A stretch of 49,772 nucleotides of DNA, taken from the IMG/VR virus record IMGVR_UViG_3300025398_000029, positions 1 through 49,772 of that record, one strand, 5' to 3'. The number at the start of each line of letters is the position of its first letter. The first letter of the stretch is position 1. Source of the stretch: a virus. Taxonomy: Duplodnaviria > Caudoviricetes. Below, one piece after another: positions 1-6,510 of this stretch. The notes under the pieces were generated by a model. That model ran no database searches. It saw only the letters and a program-made list of their open reading frames with translations, and was not told the origin of the DNA. The translations under genes were made by a program, and so were the position numbers.

Positions 1-1
1 C

Positions 2-58
2 AGCCCTGACTGGGTTGATGGCTGGTACGACGACTACTACGTGGAGGAATTGGCATGA
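2..58 (+). CDS. 3' end of hypothetical phage protein (partial)
   Basis: Open frame SPDWVDGWYDDYYVEELA* whose TGA overlaps the next ATG (ATGA). Confidence 0.5.
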   Translation, partial: SPDWVDGWYDDYYVEELA

Positions 59-255
59 GTAGGTTCACTCACTACTTTGTCGTGGCCTACAACGAGGACA
101 CGGGCTTTACTTCCGACACAGGCACCCTAGAGGCAAGGTTCTCCGAGGGCGTAATCTGGGACGAAGAGGAGCAGGAATGGGTACGTATCGAAGACCCTGA
201 GTTCCGTGCGCATGACGCCAGTATCTATTCCAACCTACTGAAAAGGCTACGGTGA
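55..255 (+). CDS. hypothetical acidic phage protein
   Basis: 66-aa ORF, GGAGG RBS upstream, ATGA coupling. Confidence 0.7.
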   Translation: MSRFTHYFVVAYNEDTGFTSDTGTLEARFSEGVIWDEEEQEWVRIEDPEFRAHDASIYSNLLKRLR

Positions 256-325
256 TGGTTTCTAATAACACGGGATTTTTCAATAACCCTTTTCTAAACT
301 TCCTGATGAAAGGGGGTGAGAGAAA

Positions 326-460
326 ATGAGTAATTACCAACTCCAAAGACCAAACAGCACCAACATTGTTGCGCAACAATTACAGTGCTGTGGAAAGTTA
401 GTCCCGATTGGCAACGCACGCTTTATGAAACGTGCCGTGGAGCGTCACCGTTGTAAGTAG
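326..460 (+). CDS. 44-aa small protein with CC..H.C motif
   Basis: Strong RBS GAAAGGGGGTGA, then MSNYQLQRPNSTNIVAQQLQCCGKLVPIGNARFMKRAVERHRCK*. Below the ORF-track cutoff. Confidence 0.6.
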   Translation: MSNYQLQRPNSTNIVAQQLQCCGKLVPIGNARFMKRAVERHRCK

Positions 461-472
461 CAACTAGCCCGT

Positions 473-560
473 GGCTAGGCAGTCTATCCAAAACCCTTTG
501 TAAGACCCCTGTAGTGCCCTGTAGTGCCCGCTTTATCCCAACTGGATAGATTGCCTAGCC
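473..560. repeat. 18-bp inverted repeat with 52-nt loop
   Basis: GGCTAGGCAGTCTATCCA (473-490) pairs with TGGATAGATTGCCTAGCC (543-560), one G-U pair. The loop contains CCTGTAGTGC twice. Confidence 0.85.
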
Positions 561-586
561 CCCGTAAAATAATGCCTAAAATCGAC

Positions 587-765
587 GCCTCGCGTGGGTC
601 GCGTGTATACGCGATTCGCGTGTTTTTTTTTCGCGTATACGCGAGGCCAAAATTTCCAAAAAGAAACGGGCAAACTCAGCCAGTTTTTGAAAAAAAGACT
701 GGGGAAAATTTAGCCCAAGGCCGGCCTCAGCCAGTTTTTAAGGCAAATGTGGGGAAAAATTAGCC
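587..765. repeat. cluster of TCGCGT boxes plus two ~51-bp-period direct repeats
   Basis: TCGCGT/ACGCGA at 590, 599, 609, 616, 631, 639. CTCAGCCAGTTTTT at 675 and 726, each followed by TGGGGAAAA..TAGCC. Confidence 0.8.
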
Positions 766-788
766 TCGGATAAACCCTCATAAAGTAC

Positions 789-817
789 AGTATACCACAA
801 TTTTTGTACCATTACAA
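789..817 (-). promoter_or_regulatory. sigma70-type promoter facing into the non-coding repeat region
   Basis: TTGTAA-N17-TATACT with TGTGG extended -10. The -35 is flanked by the inverted repeat TTTGTACCA (803-811)/TGGTACAAA (825-833). Confidence 0.55.
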
Positions 818-978
818 GGAATATTGGTACAAATATATATGATTACTAGGGGGTTTTGGCTCTAAAAGTACCTACACGCGTGCGCGAGGGACCGGGCAAG
901 GGCGTATAAGCATGGTTTTTTCACCTTACACTCCTCTTCCCCATAACTCACATCACTCACAATCCCTGCGTGCTTTCC

Positions 979-1281
979 TCAATCACCTTGCAAATACTCA
1001 GGTTCTTCACCATCAACAACTAACTCACCGCTTAGCACCTGTCTGGTCATCTCATTTAGCCACTCGTTCAATTCTGCATCACTTACCGTACTCTGTTGTT
1101 CAAAATACGCCTCTTCATTCATTTCCGTGTTCAACTGTCCCATCTTCTCTCCTGTGTCTGGGTTTCTTCCGTCGCTTAGCATTGCCTCAATGTAGGTTTG
1201 CATTATTTGCTCTTGAAGTTGTTCCAATGTAGGCCCGGATTCTTCTTCCTTCGGGTTGCCCCCCGCAAAAAAATCATTCAT
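979..1281 (-). CDS. highly acidic hypothetical protein
   Basis: ORF starting MNDFFAGG, ATGA overlap with the upstream gene, very E/D-rich. Confidence 0.7.
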   Translation of the reverse strand: MNDFFAGGNPKEEESGPTLEQLQEQIMQTYIEAMLSDGRNPDTGEKMGQLNTEMNEEAYFEQQSTVSDAELNEWLNEMTRQVLSGELVVDGEEPEYLQGD

Positions 1282-1523
1282 CGGTTGCTCTCCTTGTTGT
1301 GGTGGTCGAGATAAGCACATACTTCCCAAACAACGTTAGTGATTGAAGCGCCAGTGCCAAGAATAAGAAACACTACCAACAATGCCCACGGCGTTGTTGC
1401 TGCAATGAAGATAACCAAAGCAGCCAACCATGCCAAAGAGATTCGAGTTTTGGGCTCGAGACCCCTTATTTTTCTCCAAAAATTTTTGAATGTAAAGCGG
1501 GGCTTATTAATATTTGTTCTCAT
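1278..1523 (-). CDS. small membrane protein
   Basis: Basic N-terminus followed by two hydrophobic segments. Confidence 0.7.
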   Translation of the reverse strand: MRTNINKPRFTFKNFWRKIRGLEPKTRISLAWLAALVIFIAATTPWALLVVFLILGTGASITNVVWEVCAYLDHHNKESNR

Positions 1524-1717
1524 TACTTATTACTTTCATAATCGTACGTACCCCAAGGCTTTGGCTTGGGTAGTGCTTCTCTTTGCCAATACTGCGCCCC
1601 GCCCTCGGATGGCTTGAAGGCAAAGAACCAGCCGCTTTCTTCCGTTTCCTTGTTCCACTGGAACACCTCTACGTGACTGCCAACTTCCATGAGGTTGCCG
1701 TGGACGGGGCGTAGCAT
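1523..1717 (-). CDS. hypothetical protein
   Basis: 64-aa ORF, TAATG overlaps on both sides. Confidence 0.65.
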   Translation of the reverse strand: MLRPVHGNLMEVGSHVEVFQWNKETEESGWFFAFKPSEGGAQYWQREALPKPKPWGTYDYESNK

Positions 1718-1983
1718 TAGTTGTCGGTCAAGACGGCTACAATGCCCGCTAGGGGCACGTGGACGTACTTGACGCCCTCAATCTCGACGCCGTGAGCCAT
1801 GTTGTGCTTGAAGACTACAGAGTCTCCGGGCTTTACTGTCTCGACGTCGGGACCAACTGCGATTACTTCAGCGACGTCGGGCAATGGCCCTGCGCCCTGA
1901 GGAATGACCAAGCCCGATGCGGTCTTCTTGTCTTCCTGCTCGAGTTTGATAATTACGTTGTCTGCTGTGGCGTTAAATGCCAT
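1717..1983 (-). CDS. groES: co-chaperonin GroES (Cpn10)
   Basis: DNVIIK..EDKKTASGLVIP, VIAVGPD, VKPGDSVVF, GVEIEGVKY and IVAVL are Cpn10 signature segments. Confidence 0.93.
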   Translation of the reverse strand: MAFNATADNVIIKLEQEDKKTASGLVIPQGAGPLPDVAEVIAVGPDVETVKPGDSVVFKHNMAHGVEIEGVKYVHVPLAGIVAVLTDN

Positions 1984-2161
1984 TGCGTTCTCCTTCTAGT
2001 TTTTCGATAGTGACCAGTATGTGCATACGGCAGTCTTCCACGCCACCCTTGTACCCTAGCCACTCTGGTGATTCAAGGTTTTCTGCAAACACTTGCAAGC
2101 CATGTAGTTTGCTGTAGATTGATTGCAGTTCAAGGATGGCGCGGTCGAGGCCGTTTGACAT
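1973..2161 (-). CDS. hypothetical protein
   Basis: 62-aa ORF coupled to its neighbours. Confidence 0.6.
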   Translation of the reverse strand: MSNGLDRAILELQSIYSKLHGLQVFAENLESPEWLGYKGGVEDCRMHILVTIEKLEGERNGI

Positions 2162-2328
2162 TACTGCTCTGGTGTTTCTTCGGGCTGCTCTAGCGTCTCT
2201 TCGGGCTGCCCGAATGCTCGAGAAAGTGAGTTGCCGACTTCCTTTTCAGTTGCGCCCGCTCTGAGCAATAGTGCTCCAACGCCGTTAAAAATCATTGAGC
2301 CAATTGCTACGAGGTCTACTTCATCCAT
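2161..2328 (-). CDS. 55-aa hypothetical protein
   Basis: MDEVDLVAIGSMIFNG...QPEETLEQPEETPEQ* fills the gap exactly, GAAGGA RBS. Confidence 0.6.
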   Translation of the reverse strand: MDEVDLVAIGSMIFNGVGALLLRAGATEKEVGNSLSRAFGQPEETLEQPEETPEQ

Positions 2329-2330
2329 GG

Positions 2331-2579
2331 TTATTCCTTCCCAATTGTTTCGACACGTTCAATGCCGGTTTTGATTGCGCCGTTAAATAGGCTCTTGTAC
2401 TGCGCCTCTGCGTTTTCCCCCGCAAAATTGGCGAGGTGTCCCGTCATGGCCAACAGCGCCTCACGGTAAACTTCTGCCTTTGCTTCTGGGTTCAACGATG
2501 AGAGAAATGTCATTGTTTCTTTGTACGTCTTTTCGAGGTGTTCGAGGAACTCCGGGTCCTGTGCCTGTTCTGGCGTCAT
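2331..2579 (-). CDS. hypothetical protein
   Basis: 82-aa ORF with CAGAAAGGA RBS. Confidence 0.7.
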   Translation of the reverse strand: MTPEQAQDPEFLEHLEKTYKETMTFLSSLNPEAKAEVYREALLAMTGHLANFAGENAEAQYKSLFNGAIKTGIERVETIGKE

Positions 2580-2610
2580 TGTAAATCCTTTCTGTTTATA
2601 ATGCTTGCAA

Positions 2611-2635
2611 ATAATACCACATAACTACTAGTCAA
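2611..2635 (-). promoter_or_regulatory. extended -10 promoter
   Basis: TGTGGTATTAT. A TTGACT lies only 13 nt upstream (non-canonical spacing). Confidence 0.5.
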
Positions 2636-2678
2636 GCGTACTTTTTATAAGTACCATGACCATCTGCGGATACTTGCC

Positions 2679-2858
2679 TTAAAAATGCTCTCGCACTTGT
2701 TCTTCGGTCCAGAACTTGTTGTCTTTGTTCTTTATCCTTAGACGATTTAAAGCCCTGGCAATGTTGGGTTCGCTCCAACCTAGTTTGCGCATTTCGCTTA
2801 TCTCAGCCTTGGCAGTTGTCAATTCCGTAATGGTTTCGTTACTGTTTTGCTCCGTCAT
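2679..2858 (-). CDS. 59-aa HTH-like protein resembling an isolated serine-recombinase DNA-binding segment
   Basis: LGWSEPNIARALNRLRIKNKDNKFWTEEQV fits the G.S...IA..LN.......W....V pattern. ATGA coupling. Confidence 0.5.
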   Translation of the reverse strand: MTEQNSNETITELTTAKAEISEMRKLGWSEPNIARALNRLRIKNKDNKFWTEEQVREHF

Positions 2859-3073
2859 AGAAGCACCTCTCGAATTCGTTCGATGGCTCCGTGAGCGTCA
2901 AAGATGTTGTGGTGGTCTACCCAGAGGGCAATCTGGTCAAGTACGTCAAGTACGTCAAGTACGTCGCAAGGGTAGTCGCCAACACAACCGGCGGAACACT
3001 CGTTAGAGTCGCAATGCCCACAAAAGCATTTGGCGTGCTTTTCTCGTAAAACTTGGCGTTCCTCGGGAGTCAT
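2855..3073 (-). CDS. YPCDV-family Cys/His protein, copy 4
   Basis: MTPEERQVLREKH..CxxC..YPCDVLDVLDVLD. Confidence 0.8.
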   Translation of the reverse strand: MTPEERQVLREKHAKCFCGHCDSNECSAGCVGDYPCDVLDVLDVLDQIALWVDHHNIFDAHGAIERIREVLL

Positions 3074-3276
3074 AGGCTCTCCTGCCCATCTTTGTAGCCT
3101 TCGCCGTATCCCTCGGACCAGGCGTTCTCGAACCAGTCCAGTACCTTGATTACGTCGCAGGGGTAGGGGATGTCCAATCCGTCATCATCTAGGCAAAAAA
3201 CACAAAAGATTCGGTTCTCTCGAAACCCAAATTTGCCGTGCTTCTCTCGTAGGGCTTGGCGTTCTTCGGGGGTCAT
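3070..3276 (-). CDS. YPCDV-family Cys/His protein, copy 3
   Basis: MTPEERQALREKH..CVFC..YPCDVIKVLD. Start set by the ATGA overlap. Confidence 0.8.
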   Translation of the reverse strand: MTPEERQALREKHGKFGFRENRIFCVFCLDDDGLDIPYPCDVIKVLDWFENAWSEGYGEGYKDGQESL

Positions 3277-3542
3277 AGTTTCTCTCCGCACTTGGGGCAG
3301 TAGGTGTGCGTCCAATACTCGGGTAAGACGCTGGAGGCGTACCCGTACTGACCTGACCTCTTCACCGTGACCCAGTGGTCGCACTCAACTTTAACTTTGA
3401 GGTCGTTAAACTTTAGGTTTTCGGTAGCGTCCAGTACCTTGATTACGTCGCAGGGGTACCTTTCATACAAACAGTAAGAACATTGATTTTTTTCGTCCCG
3501 GCTGTGCTTCTCTTGTAAGGTTTGACGTTCTTCGAGGGTCAT
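3273..3542 (-). CDS. YPCDV-family Cys/His protein, copy 2, with C-terminal CxH..CPKCG zinc ribbon
   Basis: MTLEERQTLQEKH..CSYC..YPCDVIKVLD..ECDH..YCPKCGEKL. Confidence 0.8.
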   Translation of the reverse strand: MTLEERQTLQEKHSRDEKNQCSYCLYERYPCDVIKVLDATENLKFNDLKVKVECDHWVTVKRSGQYGYASSVLPEYWTHTYCPKCGEKL

Positions 3543-3814
3543 AGTTCCGCCTTCAAAATGAACTCGGCTGTTTGTAGCCATTCGTAATCGTCCTCGTCTA
3601 CCCGCATTGTGTTGATTTGGTCAAGGCAGTCAAGGGTTTCGCTAACCTTTATCTCCCATGAGTCCAGCACCTGAATTACGTCGCAGGGGTAAAAGACTAG
3701 GCGTGTGCTTACGTCCTCACTTGAACAGTATTGGCAGACGTACTGGTCTCTGTAGGTGTTGGCAAAGCAAGCGGAGTGCTTCTCTCGTAAAAATGTGATT
3801 GTTGCTTTGTTCAT
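3539..3814 (-). CDS. YPCDV-family Cys/His protein, copy 1
   Basis: FLREKH..CQYC..YPCDVIQVLD. Confidence 0.8.
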   Translation of the reverse strand: MNKATITFLREKHSACFANTYRDQYVCQYCSSEDVSTRLVFYPCDVIQVLDSWEIKVSETLDCLDQINTMRVDEDDYEWLQTAEFILKAEL

Positions 3815-3912
3815 CGGTCAAGCCACGCAAAGAAAGTAATTAGAACAATGATGGGGATTAGTAAAAGAAACAACTCCCATGGTTGAGTTATCCAACTTGT
3901 AAGAAAGTTCAT
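3811..3912 (-). CDS. 33-aa single-TM peptide
   Basis: MNFLTSWITQPWELFLLLIPIIVLITFFAWLDR*, ATGA overlaps at both ends. Confidence 0.6.
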   Translation of the reverse strand: MNFLTSWITQPWELFLLLIPIIVLITFFAWLDR

Positions 3913-3995
3913 CGTGCCGCCTCCCAAATGCAAAAGCCCAGCCAGTAAGCCAAGCCGGTGATAGCAATAATGTTAATCCAGTTATTTAATTTCAT
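3909..3995 (-). CDS. 28-aa single-TM peptide
   Basis: MKLNNWINIIAITGLAYWLGFCIWEAAR*, coupled to both neighbours. Confidence 0.55.
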   Translation of the reverse strand: MKLNNWINIIAITGLAYWLGFCIWEAAR

Positions 3996-4228
3996 CAGCG
4001 AAACCTTAGACCTTCAATGTGATTGACTACAATTTCCGAAAGGCATTGAATGGCATCGTCCCAGCCCATTTCGTAACCCTTGTAGTGAGCCTCTTCTACT
4101 GGTTCCCAGCCGTGCTTCTCTTCAATAGAAAGTTTTTCTGGACGTGCCCGGCTCAAACGTTCTTCAATAAGTTCGAGCAACAGTTCTTCAGCACGGTTCT
4201 CTGCGGCAATGGTCTTTCTATCGTTCAT
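3995..4228 (-). CDS. hypothetical protein
   Basis: Starts MNDRKT after GGAGG. Has a YKGYEMGWDDA motif. Confidence 0.7.
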   Translation of the reverse strand: MNDRKTIAAENRAEELLLELIEERLSRARPEKLSIEEKHGWEPVEEAHYKGYEMGWDDAIQCLSEIVVNHIEGLRFR

Positions 4229-4625
4229 TAGCCCCTCCTTCAAGGATGGCAATTGCTGTATCGGTAATACCCTGCTTAGGGAAGTTCTTGAGAAACTCAA
4301 TGGCTCCTTCAATGCGCATTTGCAAATCTGCTTTTGAAGTGGTGTGGGTTGGCCCGTAACCAATTTCCCATACCACTGCTTTGCGCCCTGACAAATTGTA
4401 CTTACGTGCGCCCGAGTCACGGATTCGACCCTCGAGAACAAGCGTGCGACGTGCAGCGTGCAGAGAGGTAATAAGCAGGTTTAGTTCCCCTGCTAATTCA
4501 TGGTCTGTCTTGGGGCCGGCGCTAAGCAAAGCAAACACTTGCTCTTTGCGTGTCTTGAATGTCTTAGCAATTGACAATGCGGCTTCAACACTCGTATCTG
4601 ATTCTTTTTGATGCGGTGGTAACAT
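4218..4625 (-). CDS. winged-HTH DNA-binding protein
   Basis: TSVEAA..GPKTDHELAGELNL..ARRTLV..GRIRDSG.R....SGRKAVVW, a typical phage wHTH pattern. Confidence 0.75.
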   Translation of the reverse strand: MLPPHQKESDTSVEAALSIAKTFKTRKEQVFALLSAGPKTDHELAGELNLLITSLHAARRTLVLEGRIRDSGARKYNLSGRKAVVWEIGYGPTHTTSKADLQMRIEGAIEFLKNFPKQGITDTAIAILEGGANER

Positions 4626-4667
4626 ACTGTCCTTTCTGTTTTGAACGCCATTTTGCGCTACGGATAA

Positions 4668-4696
4668 ACAATAACAGGTCTTTTCTCCCGTGTCAA
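4668..4696 (-). promoter_or_regulatory. sigma70-type promoter
   Basis: TTGACA-N17-TATTGT. Confidence 0.75.
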
Positions 4697-4704
4697 GTCA
4701 TAAA

Positions 4705-4744
4705 TGCAAAATCCCCGACCTTTTTAGGGCCGGGGCATTTTGCA
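4705..4744 (-). terminator. GC-rich hairpin / probable intrinsic terminator
   Basis: TGCAAAATCCCCG...CGGGGCATTTTGCA stem. Confidence 0.55.
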
Positions 4745-4814
4745 GACAGAAAGGAACCACAGTGAACAGTGAGTGAGGCTGCTCGTTTGTAAGTATAGGA
4801 ATGTAAATACAGCC

Positions 4815-4843
4815 TTGACACCGGAAACCCTTTGTGGTATTGT
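4815..4843 (+). promoter_or_regulatory. sigma70-type promoter
   Basis: TTGACA-N17-TATTGT with TGTGG extension. Confidence 0.8.
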
Positions 4844-4888
4844 GGTTTTGCCACAAAAGAGTTGTGGCACATACAGAAAGGAATCAAA

Positions 4889-5221
4889 ATGTTTTTAATT
4901 GAGAAGTTTATCGAAGAGGCCGACGACTTAGAGTTGGATTTGCTAATGCCAACCAATCTTAGTGTCCTTAACGACTACTACTTTGCCATGGAGGCAGTCA
5001 GCGATAACGGAAACTGGTTTGGGTACATTGTACTCCCGGACGACCGTGAGGTTGCTGTTGCTTACAATTCGGCTACGGGTGCGACCAAGTATCGCAAAGA
5101 TGACGCTTATTTTCAGTTTGCCGATGACGCAAAGATTATCTTCCCTGCTGACTCATGCGCAATTGACACTATGAGCGCCTTGCTTGTGCTGTCTGAAGCA
5201 TACGAATGGGATGCGGCGTGA
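4889..5221 (+). CDS. acidic hypothetical protein
   Basis: CAGAAAGGA RBS, then MFLIEKF. Confidence 0.75.
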   Translation: MFLIEKFIEEADDLELDLLMPTNLSVLNDYYFAMEAVSDNGNWFGYIVLPDDREVAVAYNSATGATKYRKDDAYFQFADDAKIIFPADSCAIDTMSALLVLSEAYEWDAA

Positions 5222-5703
5222 GGTATTTCTACGACTTAGAGCCAGAATGGGTTATCTCTGCTTACGAGAAAAATGGTCGTGAGTACAGGGAGATTGCTGT
5301 TTTGTTTGAAGGCCCCCTCATGCCCGTAGAAGCATTTGAGATGATGGCGCAGTTTTGCAACGCGGTGCCCATGTGGCAAGCGGTTCAGCACGCTTTGGAC
5401 CTAGAGAAAGCAAACCCAGAAGCAAGCACGCCTTCGTACGAAGTGCGCCTAATCAGTAAGGCATCAAAGCGAGTTTTAGTAACCGTATTGTGGGAATCTA
5501 GTGCAATTGACTTGTGCAAAGAAGACTACAAGAGTCGAAACCTAAAGACGTATCGACTGTTGGCTGAGATTGATTTGGCCGAAGACGAAGACATTGACGA
5601 AGTAAACCTTTCGGCGCTTTCACTTGCCGGAAACTTTAGGGTCCTTGACATGATGGACCTTGACGAAGTAGAATTAGAAGACACAGACAGAGAGGAGCAG
5701 TAA
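5218..5703 (+). CDS. hypothetical protein with acidic C-terminus
   Basis: GTGA overlap, D/E-rich tail. Confidence 0.7.
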   Translation: MRYFYDLEPEWVISAYEKNGREYREIAVLFEGPLMPVEAFEMMAQFCNAVPMWQAVQHALDLEKANPEASTPSYEVRLISKASKRVLVTVLWESSAIDLCKEDYKSRNLKTYRLLAEIDLAEDEDIDEVNLSALSLAGNFRVLDMMDLDEVELEDTDREEQ

Positions 5704-6026
5704 TGATTAACCATTTTCACAAATGGAGCAAGGGTGACGAAGAAGATTCGTTGCAAGGACGAATTATCAGCAAGATGAATCGGGCGGGTATTACCCTTAC
5801 GGCAGTTGCAGTGCTTGACACAGCGGTAAATAGCGAGGGTCCCTTTGAGGTAATTGAAGTAAATGATGGGCTTGAGTTGATGGTTTGCATCAAGGAGAGT
5901 TTTATTCTCAATCTTTTTGGGGAAGCAGAAAACGAGTACGCACGTGGGTACGCATTTGGCGTTTACATTGGCAGTTTGCTTACTTCTATTTACGATAACC
6001 TTGAGCGACAGGATTCTCTTGACTGA
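5703..6026 (+). CDS. acidic hypothetical protein
   Basis: GAGGAG RBS, TAATG overlap. Confidence 0.7.
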   Translation: MINHFHKWSKGDEEDSLQGRIISKMNRAGITLTAVAVLDTAVNSEGPFEVIEVNDGLELMVCIKESFILNLFGEAENEYARGYAFGVYIGSLLTSIYDNLERQDSLD

Positions 6027-6447
6027 CCCATTGACCAAACAAGAGCGTTGGGAAGTTAGCGAACGCTGGCGGGCTCGAGCAATCATTGAGAAGGCTCAAA
6101 AGTCAGACCGTAATGTTGTTGAAGAACTTGCTTCTCACTTTGTAAGCCGCAAACTAATTGAAGAACTTACAGGAGAAGAGCACGTCTTGAATAAGAAGAC
6201 GCGCCGCAAAGACCCAAACAAAATGCTCCCGGTGTGGGGCAAAGAAAACGCTGAGCGTCAAATGACAACTCAGGAAATTTGCGAATCACTTGGGGTGAGT
6301 TACTCCATAGCAATTGGCTTGGTCAAGAACACCGATTACTTTACAAGAATTAGCCGAGGCATTTATCTTGTCTTGGATGGGGCCGGCAATCGAGAAGCGG
6401 CCAAGGCGTCTAAGAAAAAGGTTGACGCACCTGCTACACTGATTTAG
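6019..6447 (+). CDS. putative HTH DNA-binding protein
   Basis: MTTQEICESLGVSYSIA..FTRISRGIYLV is a wHTH-like segment. Start is uncertain (TTG). Confidence 0.55.
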   Translation: MTDPLTKQERWEVSERWRARAIIEKAQKSDRNVVEELASHFVSRKLIEELTGEEHVLNKKTRRKDPNKMLPVWGKENAERQMTTQEICESLGVSYSIAIGLVKNTDYFTRISRGIYLVLDGAGNREAAKASKKKVDAPATLI

Positions 6448-6467
6448 TAACCCGACAAGGTACACAT

Positions 6468-6510
6468 AGCGGGGCACTTAGGTTTGAACTAACCTAGGTG
6501 CCCCGCTTTT
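6468..6510 (+). terminator. intrinsic terminator between convergent units
   Basis: AGCGGGGCAC.TAGGTT-loop-AACCTAGGTGCCCCGCT followed by a T run. Confidence 0.85.

Noticed and set aside
524-763. 79-aa ORF with repeated QPVF motif
   Set aside because: No RBS; it simply translates the DNA repeats of the non-coding block.
2930-3800. Recurrent 30-bp repeat as a CRISPR array
   Set aside because: Spacing is ~180-290 bp and irregular, the repeats are in-frame coding motifs (YPCDVIKVLD), and no cas genes are present.
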